NCBI GenBank assembly: GCA_043826455.1
Contig: JBDRQD010000015.1
Location: 128,001 to 192,000, forward strand
DNA length: 64,000 nt
From: Candidatus Bathyarchaeota archaeon
Lineage (GTDB): Archaea; Thermoproteota; Bathyarchaeia; TCS64
Reading direction: 5' to 3'
The notes beneath the pieces were generated by a model, which was not told where the DNA came from, made no database searches, and saw only the letters and a program-made list of their open reading frames with translations. This document shows, piece after piece, positions 18,668-26,760 of this stretch. The position numbers and the translations under genes were made by a program. Positions within the stretch are counted from its first letter, which is position 1. Each line of letters starts with the position of its first letter.

Positions 18668-19963
18668 GTGAGCTTCAGCGACAGAACACCGAAATCACGG
18701 AAACTTCACGAGAGAGCTAGAAAGGTTCTGCCCGGAGGTGTCAGCTACGGGATCAGGGCCCTGCCCCCGTACCCATTCTTCGTGAAGCGTGCTAAGGGGT
18801 CTAAGGTCCACGACGTGGACGGCAACATCTACTCAGACTACTGGATGGGCCATGGGGCGCTGATCCTGGGCCACAGCCCCGACCCTGTGGTGAAGGCGGT
18901 GGAGGAGCAGCTCCCTCTGGGCACCCACTACGGGTTCAGCCACGAGCACGAGGTGGAGCTGGCCGAGCTCATCGTCAGGCACGTGCCCTCCGCCGAAATG
19001 GTCAGGTACTGCGCCAGCGGCACCGAGGCCAACCTGTACGGCACCAGACTGGCCCGCGCATACACCGGCAGGATGAGTATGCTGAAGATCGAGGGCAGCT
19101 GGCACGGCGGCTACGACAGCCTCCACTGCTACGTGAGCCGCCCCTTCGGCCGCCTGGAGTCGGCTGGGCTTAACCCCAAGACCACTGAGGACACCTCGGC
19201 GGTACCCTTCAACGACCTGGAGGCCGCCAGGAGAGCCGCCGAACGTGAGAAGCCGGCCTGCGTCATCCTGGAACCGGTGATGGGGGCGGCCGGGTTCATC
19301 ACCCCTGAGCCCGGGTACCTTGAGGGGCTTCGCGAGATATGCGACGAGACGGGGGCCCTCCTGGTCTTCGACGAGGTGGTCACGGGGTTCAGGCTAGGGA
19401 TGGGCGGCGCCCAGGGCCACTACGGCGTCACCCCTGACCTCACCATCATGGGCAAGATCATCGGCGGCGGGTTCCCCGCCGGGGCCTTCTGCGGCCCGGA
19501 GGAGATCATGGAAAGGGTGAACCAAGCCAAGTACCCCAAGCCCGAGGATAGGAGTGCCCACGGCGGCACCTTCACAGGCAACCCCGTGAGCGCCGTGGCC
19601 GGCATAGCCACCATCAAGACCCTGAAGAGCGATAGGGTACACAGGCACATAGACGGTCTGGGAAAAAAGGTGAGAGACGGCCTCCGAGACATATTCGGAC
19701 GCCATGAGCTCCCCGCCTCAGTCACCGGGGTGGGCTCCACCTTCGGCGTCCACTTCATGCCCGAGCCCCCCAGGAGCGTCGGCGACACGGCCCGCTGCGA
19801 CCTCGAGGCCACCCACGCCTTCTTCAGCCACATGCTCGACCGGGGCATCGTGTGCCTGAGCCCAAATGTGAGCCACAGCTGGATAAGCGGCGCTCACACG
19901 GCTGCGGACATCGAGGAGTACCTCTCAGCCACAGAGGAGTTCATGCGCAGCTATAAACCCTAA
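18668..19963 (+). CDS. Glutamate-1-semialdehyde 2,1-aminomutase-like class-III aminotransferase
   Basis: LPGGVS, SGTEA, DEVVTGFR, GKIIGGGFP, HGGTFTGNP; orthology to true HemL uncertain. Confidence 0.8.
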   Translation: MSFSDRTPKSRKLHERARKVLPGGVSYGIRALPPYPFFVKRAKGSKVHDVDGNIYSDYWMGHGALILGHSPDPVVKAVEEQLPLGTHYGFSHEHEVELAELIVRHVPSAEMVRYCASGTEANLYGTRLARAYTGRMSMLKIEGSWHGGYDSLHCYVSRPFGRLESAGLNPKTTEDTSAVPFNDLEAARRAAEREKPACVILEPVMGAAGFITPEPGYLEGLREICDETGALLVFDEVVTGFRLGMGGAQGHYGVTPDLTIMGKIIGGGFPAGAFCGPEEIMERVNQAKYPKPEDRSAHGGTFTGNPVSAVAGIATIKTLKSDRVHRHIDGLGKKVRDGLRDIFGRHELPASVTGVGSTFGVHFMPEPPRSVGDTARCDLEATHAFFSHMLDRGIVCLSPNVSHSWISGAHTAADIEEYLSATEEFMRSYKP

Positions 19964-20064
19964 ACCTCTCAACAAATAATTTTGGGGCTCTCGCCCGGCC
20001 AACCCGCTACCCCCGACGCCAGCCCAAGGCTACATATATGGCTAGCCCCCATTTTGTTGGTGCC

Positions 20065-20784
20065 ATGTCCGTCATCATCGTCCGTTACCCCCTCATCCTC
20101 CTCAACCTCAAGACCTACCCGGAGTCCACCGGGCAGAACGCCATAGAGTTCGCCAGAATCGTCGAGCGCGTCTACGAGAAGACGGGCATCAGCATAGCCT
20201 TGGCCCCCCAGACCGTGGACCTCCAGGCCGTGGCTGACAGCAGCGAGACACCAGTCTTCGCCCAGCACGTGGACCCAGTGAAACCGGGGAAGAACACGGG
20301 GCACACCGTCCCGGAGGCTGTGGCGGAGGCGGGCTGCGAGGGCGCCCTCATAAGCCACTCGGAGCGCCAGCTGCCTCTGGACGTCATCGAGGCAACCGTC
20401 AAGAGGGCCCAGGAGGCGGACCTATACACGGTTGTCTGCGCGGACACGGTGGAGAAGGCCACCCGGGTGGCATCCTTCGGCCCGGACGCCGTGGCCATCG
20501 AGCCCCCGGAGCTCATAGGCTCAGGGGTACCCGTCTCGAAGGCCCAGCCGGAGATCGTCTCAGGGGCCGTGGAGGCCGTGAAGAAGGTAAACCCAATGAT
20601 TAAGGTGCTTTGCGGCGCCGGCATCACCGACGGAGAGGACGCCACAGCCGCCCTGGAGCTGGGCGCCGAGGGCATCCTGGTGGCCAGCGGAGTGGTGAAG
20701 GCCGAGGACCCCTACGCGGCCCTCCTCGACCTGGCCCGCGCCATGCAGAGGTGGAAGAAGCCGGTGACCGATGTCACCGGTTAA
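20065..20784 (+). CDS. tpiA: Triosephosphate isomerase, archaeal type
   Basis: NLKTY, AQHVD, HSERQ, EPPELIGSG, CGAGI, VASGVVKA; start uncertain (20038 or 20065). Confidence 0.93.
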   Translation: MSVIIVRYPLILLNLKTYPESTGQNAIEFARIVERVYEKTGISIALAPQTVDLQAVADSSETPVFAQHVDPVKPGKNTGHTVPEAVAEAGCEGALISHSERQLPLDVIEATVKRAQEADLYTVVCADTVEKATRVASFGPDAVAIEPPELIGSGVPVSKAQPEIVSGAVEAVKKVNPMIKVLCGAGITDGEDATAALELGAEGILVASGVVKAEDPYAALLDLARAMQRWKKPVTDVTG

Positions 20785-20785
20785 G

Positions 20786-20998
20786 CTACTCGCTCCACTG
20801 GTAGTTGCTGAACTCCACTGCCTGGAGCACCCTCTGGGTGAAGTCCTCGTCCCTGCACTGGAAAGTGTACACCACGAAGCCGTCGTAGCTGAAGAAGTGC
20901 ATGCGGCCTGTGTGGTAGATGAGCCTGGGCTTGGCAACCTGCACCAGCTCCAGGAACTCCTCCCGCCTGAACTTGACGCGGTAGCTGCTGGAGCTCAC
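20786..20998 (-). CDS. Small hypothetical protein
   Basis: 70-aa ORF filling the gap, co-oriented with the upstream HTH gene. Confidence 0.6.
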   Translation of the reverse strand: MSSSSYRVKFRREEFLELVQVAKPRLIYHTGRMHFFSYDGFVVYTFQCRDEDFTQRVLQAVEFSNYQWSE

Positions 20999-21034
20999 CG
21001 TTGAGGCCGCTACCGCCCCACCCGCGTACGCCAG

Positions 21035-21244
21035 CTAGCCTCCCCCCTTCTCGTCGTCGAAGCTGAACACCTCCTCTATGGGCCTCCCGAACACCTGGGC
21101 TATGCTCCAGGCCAGGCGGAGGCTGGGGTTGTACTTGCCCTTCTCCAGGAACAATATGGTCTGCCTGGTGACGTCCACCAGCTCGGCCAGCCTCTCCTGG
21201 GTGAGCCCCTTCTCCTCCCGGAGCTCCCTCATCCTGGTCCGCAC
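21035..21244 (-). CDS. XRE-family helix-turn-helix regulator
   Basis: LTQERLAELVDVTRQTILFLEKGKYNPSLRLA; probable GTG start just after the upstream gene stop. Confidence 0.9.
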   Translation of the reverse strand: MRTRMRELREEKGLTQERLAELVDVTRQTILFLEKGKYNPSLRLAWSIAQVFGRPIEEVFSFDDEKGGG

Positions 21245-21246
21245 CT

Positions 21247-21792
21247 CTACTCCCCCTTCAGGTAGGAGTGGTACACCCACGAGACGAGGAATATGGCCCA
21301 GCTGGCGTACATGACGCCCACGAACCTGTCAACCACAGGGACCGTGGCCAGCCAGGGTGTCAGCTCCACCAGCTCGTCGAAGAAGGCCAGGAAGCTGAAG
21401 CCCGCGCAGACCACCACGAAGGCGTTCCGCGCCGCCTTGCTGAAAACGGCGCTCATGCGCTCGTCGTACATCTTCTCCCATTTGAGACCGACGACGAAGC
21501 TGAGGCCGATGCCTGCGCTGAGACCTGACACCAGGTCGCCCGTGATGTATCCATAGACCACGGCACCCGCCACCATCATGGCGAGGCCCAGCCACATGAC
21601 CAGCCTCCTGGTCTTCTTGTCCTGTATGGGCTCTTCGCCCGCGAACTGTTTACTGAACACGGCTCCTAGGGCGGTGCCCATGGCTACGCCTATAGCGTAG
21701 TTCTCCATGAGGTAACCCCACACTAGTCCGAGCAGTATGCCTGTGGCCCAGCCCACGGCTCTCTTTGTCTGTTTATCCATCTGCATCCTCAT
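21247..21792 (-). CDS. Membrane protein (DUF2178-like) paired with the XRE regulator
   Basis: Multiple TM; DERM...KAARNAF motif; adjacent HTH gene. Confidence 0.7.
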   Translation of the reverse strand: MRMQMDKQTKRAVGWATGILLGLVWGYLMENYAIGVAMGTALGAVFSKQFAGEEPIQDKKTRRLVMWLGLAMMVAGAVVYGYITGDLVSGLSAGIGLSFVVGLKWEKMYDERMSAVFSKAARNAFVVVCAGFSFLAFFDELVELTPWLATVPVVDRFVGVMYASWAIFLVSWVYHSYLKGE

Positions 21793-21799
21793 CCACCTT

Positions 21800-21847
21800 G
21801 TAAACTATTTCTAACGTAAGGTATTTCTAACGTAAGATATTTTTAAC
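21800..21847. repeat. Three tandem 16-bp units, probable operator array
   Basis: GTAAACTATTTCTAAC / GTAAGGTATTTCTAAC / GTAAGATATTTTTAAC directly upstream of 21792. Confidence 0.75.
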
Positions 21848-21887
21848 TTTTCCGGTGGATTGGTGCTGGAAAAATAAGAGAGATACG

Positions 21888-22637
21888 CTATTTACCGTAT
21901 AGGGCCTGGATGCCGGCAATGTCACCGAGGTAGAGGTCCCTCTTCATGGTCTCGCCGTTGTCTGAGTACCCGTACATGGTCTCCTGCCATGCCGTGGTCT
22001 GGTAGAGGTCCCCTAGGCCAAGGCCATGGCCTAGCTCGTGGGTGGCGATGTTCTGGACGTCCATTAAGCTGTTATCAATGTCTGCGTCGCCCCACGTGTA
22101 AGCTGTGTTGAATAGTATATCGAACTCCACTATCTCCCTGTACTTGGGAGGCGCATTGAAGTAGCCCCACACAACAGTGACGGCGATGACTTTCGGATCA
22201 GAGTAAGGCCCGAAGAGGAGCTCGTTTCTACCATCCGTCTCCTCAGGCTCATCGTCCCAGGTTGTATCATGGTCGATGATGAAGCCGGAGTAGTCGAAGA
22301 GGGTTGCGCCTGTGTGGCTGTCCCACTCCTCAGCTGACACCTTAAATGTGTTAAATATGAACTGTTCTGACTGGCCACTGTAATCAGGGTCGATGACTAG
22401 GGTGACAGTGGTTTTCCATTTTACTCCCTTCGCTAGGAAGGTATAATCCCCGTCGTCCTTCGGAGGCTTGGCCCCCGGTGTACCTGGGGGCTTGGCGTGG
22501 CCCTTCTTGTAGTGGATGATGACCATCTTTTCTAACTGTCTGGGCTCCTTGTCCTGTTTAGCTAAGACCAGTACTGACGGAAGCAGAGTGCAAGCAACGA
22601 TAATGGCTATGATTAACGCTGAGAACTTTCTTCTCAT
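21888..22637 (-). CDS. Secreted matrixin-like (metzincin) metalloprotease
   Basis: Signal peptide; HELGHGLGLGD; Met-turn ETMYG; DIAGIQALYG. Confidence 0.85.
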   Translation of the reverse strand: MRRKFSALIIAIIVACTLLPSVLVLAKQDKEPRQLEKMVIIHYKKGHAKPPGTPGAKPPKDDGDYTFLAKGVKWKTTVTLVIDPDYSGQSEQFIFNTFKVSAEEWDSHTGATLFDYSGFIIDHDTTWDDEPEETDGRNELLFGPYSDPKVIAVTVVWGYFNAPPKYREIVEFDILFNTAYTWGDADIDNSLMDVQNIATHELGHGLGLGDLYQTTAWQETMYGYSDNGETMKRDLYLGDIAGIQALYGK

Positions 22638-22680
22638 GTGTCGTTATCGGAGAAATACGTTATTAACAGTTTCTCCAGTA

Positions 22681-23478
22681 TCAGCAGCCCTTCTCTATGC
22701 CCCAGAAGTGGCGGACCTCCATGTCCTCCGGGCTGTCGGTGCCGTGGCCGCCCCTGCCCGTCGCCGGGTCAACGTGGGTGCCATGGTCCGGCAGGAAGGC
22801 AATCGCCCTCCTATACATGGCCCAATCCCTGTTGAAGACCTCTGACAGGCGTTTGAACGTCGCCAGGTGCCTCCTGAAGGCTTCCAGTGCCTCCGGGCTG
22901 GTGGGGGTGGTCCTGTGCATCAGGTCGTCGTACTCCTGGTGGTACGCCAGTATCAGGTCGTAGTCGTCGTCCCCCATGAGCTCTAGGACCCTGAGCTCCA
23001 CGTCGGGGTCGTACTCCTCAGTGAAGTAGCCTATGGGCCTCTCACGGAAGATGAGGTCTATGCTGCTGCCCTTCACAGCCACGATGGCTACCCGTTTACC
23101 TGCATCGGCCAGCGCATCGAAGAGGGTGGGGCATTGAAGTACCGGTTTCTCGTACTTAGTGATGCCGTGACCCTCCGGCTTGAGGCCCGTGAACATGCTT
23201 CCATAGCAGACAGGCGTGTAGCTGGGGCTCATGGACATCATCTCCACCTGGATGGGCGCCGCCCTCAGGACCGACTTGAACTCGCCCCGATGCATCTGGT
23301 ACAGCCACTCGCCTATGGCGTCAGGGGCGTAGAGGAGAGCCTTCTCCACGGGCCTCCCCTGTAGGGTCTTCTCAGCGGCCCTCAAGACCTCTTCGACGGG
23401 TTTCGAGGATACGCCTCTGGGTGTTGGTATCCTAAAGAGTGAACAGATGGTAGGGGTCACGGACTCGATGCCGTACAT
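22681..23478 (-). CDS. Alkaline phosphatase superfamily protein
   Basis: PDAIG, PSYTPVCYGSMFTG, DDLMH, PDHG. Confidence 0.75.
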   Translation of the reverse strand: MYGIESVTPTICSLFRIPTPRGVSSKPVEEVLRAAEKTLQGRPVEKALLYAPDAIGEWLYQMHRGEFKSVLRAAPIQVEMMSMSPSYTPVCYGSMFTGLKPEGHGITKYEKPVLQCPTLFDALADAGKRVAIVAVKGSSIDLIFRERPIGYFTEEYDPDVELRVLELMGDDDYDLILAYHQEYDDLMHRTTPTSPEALEAFRRHLATFKRLSEVFNRDWAMYRRAIAFLPDHGTHVDPATGRGGHGTDSPEDMEVRHFWGIEKGC

Positions 23479-23545
23479 GGGTATATCTTCGCTACGGCAT
23501 AATTAATCATTGAGAATAAATAGGAAGAAAAAGGGTTGGTTTTGT

Positions 23546-24370
23546 CTACGCTATCAGGTAGACAATGTATATGCTCACGGTCACCGTCAGGCTGCCTTCC
23601 AGTATGGGCGTGGGCGCCCTCGCGCCGGCGTAGCTGGCCTCCGCGTAGGCGTCAACGTAGGTCTTGGCTGGCACGTAGCTGCTCTCGGAGACACTCTGCA
23701 CACCGGACACGGTGATGCCCAGTTTCCCGGTTATGACATCCTTCTTGGCCTCGGCGTCCTCTATGGCCGCAACGTAGGCGTTGAGCTTCAGCTCCTCCAT
23801 CTTCTCATCGCTGAGCTGGAAGCTGATGCCGTCGACCCTGTTGGCTCCGGCCTCGCCGGCCTCGTCGATGACAGGGCCCACCATGTCAAGGTCGCTGAGG
23901 GTCACCTGGATGATGTTGGTAACCGTGTAGCCCTTGAACACCTGCCCCCCCTCGGTCCAGTCGTACCTGGGGTAGACGCTGTAGCTCACCGTATGGATGT
24001 CGTCCTCGGTGAGGCCGAGGCCCTTGAGGGCGGTTATGATGGCTGACATGAGCTCTGCGTTTTCCTGAATGGCCTCAGTGGCGCTGAAGTCCTCAGTCTG
24101 GACTCCCAGTGTCACCGTTGCCTGGTTGGCTGTGGCTGAGGCGCTTCCGCTGCCCGAGATGCTGAGAGTCTTCGCTGTGGGATCTGTGCCCTGGTAGGTG
24201 AAGGCCTCCAGCCCTAGGCTGGTGCCCACCCCCGATGGGAACCTGTAGTCCCCGGAGGTCTTGATGGTGCTCTCCGGCAGCACGCCGGGTTTGTATGCTA
24301 TGATGGCGCCCGCCATTATGATGCTTAGGCATATGGCGGTGACCGCGTAGACTTGCTGTGACTTGTTCAT
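23546..24370 (-). CDS. SIMPL/DUF541 domain protein
   Basis: N-terminal TM; ISGSG, VYPRYDW, GYTVTN, AGANRVDGISF. Confidence 0.88.
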   Translation of the reverse strand: MNKSQQVYAVTAICLSIIMAGAIIAYKPGVLPESTIKTSGDYRFPSGVGTSLGLEAFTYQGTDPTAKTLSISGSGSASATANQATVTLGVQTEDFSATEAIQENAELMSAIITALKGLGLTEDDIHTVSYSVYPRYDWTEGGQVFKGYTVTNIIQVTLSDLDMVGPVIDEAGEAGANRVDGISFQLSDEKMEELKLNAYVAAIEDAEAKKDVITGKLGITVSGVQSVSESSYVPAKTYVDAYAEASYAGARAPTPILEGSLTVTVSIYIVYLIA

Positions 24371-24447
24371 ATCTAGTCAGGCAAGACAAAGGCGTAGGGC
24401 GTTAATATACCCATCAAATAGAACAAGTGTTCAAAGACCTAGAACAG

Positions 24448-24918
24448 CTAGTAGTCCAGGTACTGCTTGTAGTGGTCGTATATGTCCTGAGCCTGCTCCT
24501 TGAGCTCGCCGCCCAGGTTCTTGTCCTTGAGGGTGGCTCCGTGGTATGCCAGCCTGTGCTTCAGCCAGTAGTAGTCCTCCAGCAGCAGGGCGTACTCCAG
24601 CTCGAACTCCATGGCGTTCATGTGGGCCTCGAAGACCTTCTCCCGGGGCCCCTTGGTGTGGGTGTCCTCCCCCACGGGTACGCCCAGGCGCTTTAGCTCG
24701 CTCACCTCCACAACCTCGTGGAACATGAGGTACTCGTTGCCTATGATGTCCCTGATGGTCACGGCTGAGCCGTGGTGGGTGTCCCTGGAGATGTACCCGT
24801 AGAACTCGTCGGCGCTGCACTCGGCCACATCGTACTCTAGCTCCCCTAGGAGCTCGTTGGTTTGCTCCAGCCTGTACTCTATGCTTTCCTTGAGGTCCTG
24901 GAAGCTCGGCGGGTTCAT
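24448..24918 (-). CDS. Hypothetical protein with HExxE motif
   Basis: ORF with coding-like codon usage; FHEVVE...EAH. Confidence 0.65.
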   Translation of the reverse strand: MNPPSFQDLKESIEYRLEQTNELLGELEYDVAECSADEFYGYISRDTHHGSAVTIRDIIGNEYLMFHEVVEVSELKRLGVPVGEDTHTKGPREKVFEAHMNAMEFELEYALLLEDYYWLKHRLAYHGATLKDKNLGGELKEQAQDIYDHYKQYLDY

Positions 24919-24974
24919 GGATCAGAATGGGCTTTTCCATTGTTTAAAATTGTGGGTTTAAGAAAGGATTGAAC

Positions 24975-26495
24975 CTACTTTCTGGGGGTGGGGATGTGCC
25001 AGTCGTAGCCCCTCTCGGTGACCACGTACTCGGGCCAGGGGAGGTCTATGGGCGGGTCCCAGGCGGGGTCCAGCTGGGGCGGCTCGTACTCCTTGGCGAT
25101 CCGTTCCCTCCACTCGTCCTGGCACGCCTTGAGCCTCGCCGGGTCCTCCGCTAGGTCCAGCAGGGTGCCGCTGATGGCCTTACCCGCAGTGATGATGGTG
25201 CGGTCTATTGGCCCCTTCATGCCGCCCAGGGCCACGTGGGGCCACCTAGGGAGCCTGACGCCCTTCACTGTCACCTGGGGCCTGTAGACCTGTATCCAGA
25301 CGGCTGGGCAGTGCCACATGAACTCCACGTAGTCGTCGCTACCATACTTGCGCTGGTGGCTGGGGATTACGCTGCGCCACGACCTCTCCCACTCGTCCGG
25401 CGGCGTCAGCTTCTCGCTGAAGGGCTCCTTCTGGGCCGGGTAACCAAGGTTCCTGAGTATCTCGTTGGCCTTCTTCTTGTCCTCCGCCGTGAACCTGGGC
25501 GGCCCCACCTGCTCCAGGTTCTCGTAGGCCAGGTCCGCCAGGGCCTTGTTGAAGAGGCCTGTTCTCTGCCTGGTCACCCACCGGACCGTGGCCCTGGTGC
25601 CCGTCACCTTGGCCACCTGCTCCGCGTTGTTGATGAGCACCTTGGCTATCTGCTCCTGCTGGGTCAGGCTGGGGCTCCTGAACGCGTACTGGATGATGCC
25701 GATCCTGGGGGGCAGATTGTCCGCTGTGGCCTGGCCCGCGGCCATCACCGCCTCGTTGAGGCTCCAGAGCCCCGTGTTGGGGATCATGGCCTCCTTCAGG
25801 TACTTGGTGGTGGTGTACATGAGGCAGACCGCGTCCAGGGCGCCGGGTGCCCGTGCGTTCCTGGGAAGGTCCTCGGCGTAGGCCATCCAGGTCTCCGGCT
25901 CGTCGCACTCGAATACGAAGGCCGCGTTCCAGTAGCTGCCCCACTGGGTCTCGTACATGACGGTGGTGGCGCCCCTGGGGTGCCAGCCCACCATGGCGTC
26001 CAGGCCCTCGAAGAGGCCCTTGGAGGCGAACCAAGACTTGGCGCACACCTTCTCGGCTGGGGTGCCGAACACCTTCACTGTGCCCTCTATGCCGTGCTTC
26101 TCCATGGCGGCCTTGGTGGCCACCGCCCCAGCTAGGGCGCCCACGCCCAGGGCGCTGTGGGGGTCCGTGTGCCCGGCCCTGTAGGGGTTAGCCGCGGACC
26201 TGTAGGGGACCGGGTCCTGCCAGCAGTCAGGGACCGCGTCGTACTCCGTGTACGTGCTGAGCACGGGCTTACCCTCGCCCCAGGTGGCTATGTATGCCGT
26301 GGGCATGCCGGCTACGCCCATCTCCACCTTGAAGCCCTCCTCCTTATGGAACTCGGCCAGAGCCTTGACGCTCTTATACTCCCTGAAGCTGGTCTCAGCG
26401 TAGTTCCATATCCTCTGGTGGAAGTCGCTTATCCGCTCCTCGTGGTCCTCGATCCACTTGAAGGCTGTCTTCTTGGCCTTCGTCAGTTTGGTCAA
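24975..26495 (-). CDS. M20 amidohydrolase, divergent AbgB-like
   Basis: GVAGMPTAY, EYDAVP, GHTDPH, GTPAEK, WHP, GSDD; TTG at 26495 is a likelier start than 26645. Confidence 0.85.
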   Translation of the reverse strand: MTKLTKAKKTAFKWIEDHEERISDFHQRIWNYAETSFREYKSVKALAEFHKEEGFKVEMGVAGMPTAYIATWGEGKPVLSTYTEYDAVPDCWQDPVPYRSAANPYRAGHTDPHSALGVGALAGAVATKAAMEKHGIEGTVKVFGTPAEKVCAKSWFASKGLFEGLDAMVGWHPRGATTVMYETQWGSYWNAAFVFECDEPETWMAYAEDLPRNARAPGALDAVCLMYTTTKYLKEAMIPNTGLWSLNEAVMAAGQATADNLPPRIGIIQYAFRSPSLTQQEQIAKVLINNAEQVAKVTGTRATVRWVTRQRTGLFNKALADLAYENLEQVGPPRFTAEDKKKANEILRNLGYPAQKEPFSEKLTPPDEWERSWRSVIPSHQRKYGSDDYVEFMWHCPAVWIQVYRPQVTVKGVRLPRWPHVALGGMKGPIDRTIITAGKAISGTLLDLAEDPARLKACQDEWRERIAKEYEPPQLDPAWDPPIDLPWPEYVVTERGYDWHIPTPRK

Positions 26496-26760
26496 AATGA
26501 TCGGAGTATAGGAGACGCCTTGTGAACTTAAAACCTGTGAAAAGCCTCCTAGTGGCGTACAGAAAGCCCTATATTTCACGAATATTATTCGAGTATCTAG
26601 ATTCCAAAACGGAAAATCAACGGATGAACGATGGTTAACGCCCAAAAAAATCGACGGTGAAAATTGTTGCTGAAGGCTCTGGAAATCGTTACCGCAGTTG
26701 TGAAGGGCTCCATGGCTTCATTTAAACAATTTACAGTCATTATGGAGTTATAGGTAACAG

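Noticed and set aside
18668..19963. Firm hemL assignment
   Set aside because: No other tetrapyrrole genes nearby and HemL-like paralogs are common, so the symbol was withheld.
21800..21847. CRISPR or iteron interpretation of the 16-bp repeats
   Set aside because: No spacers and no cas or rep genes; the position fits an operator.
26496..26645. 50-aa N-terminal extension of the M20 ORF
   Set aside because: Overlaps an AT-rich promoter-like region; the paralogs begin at the position matching 26495.
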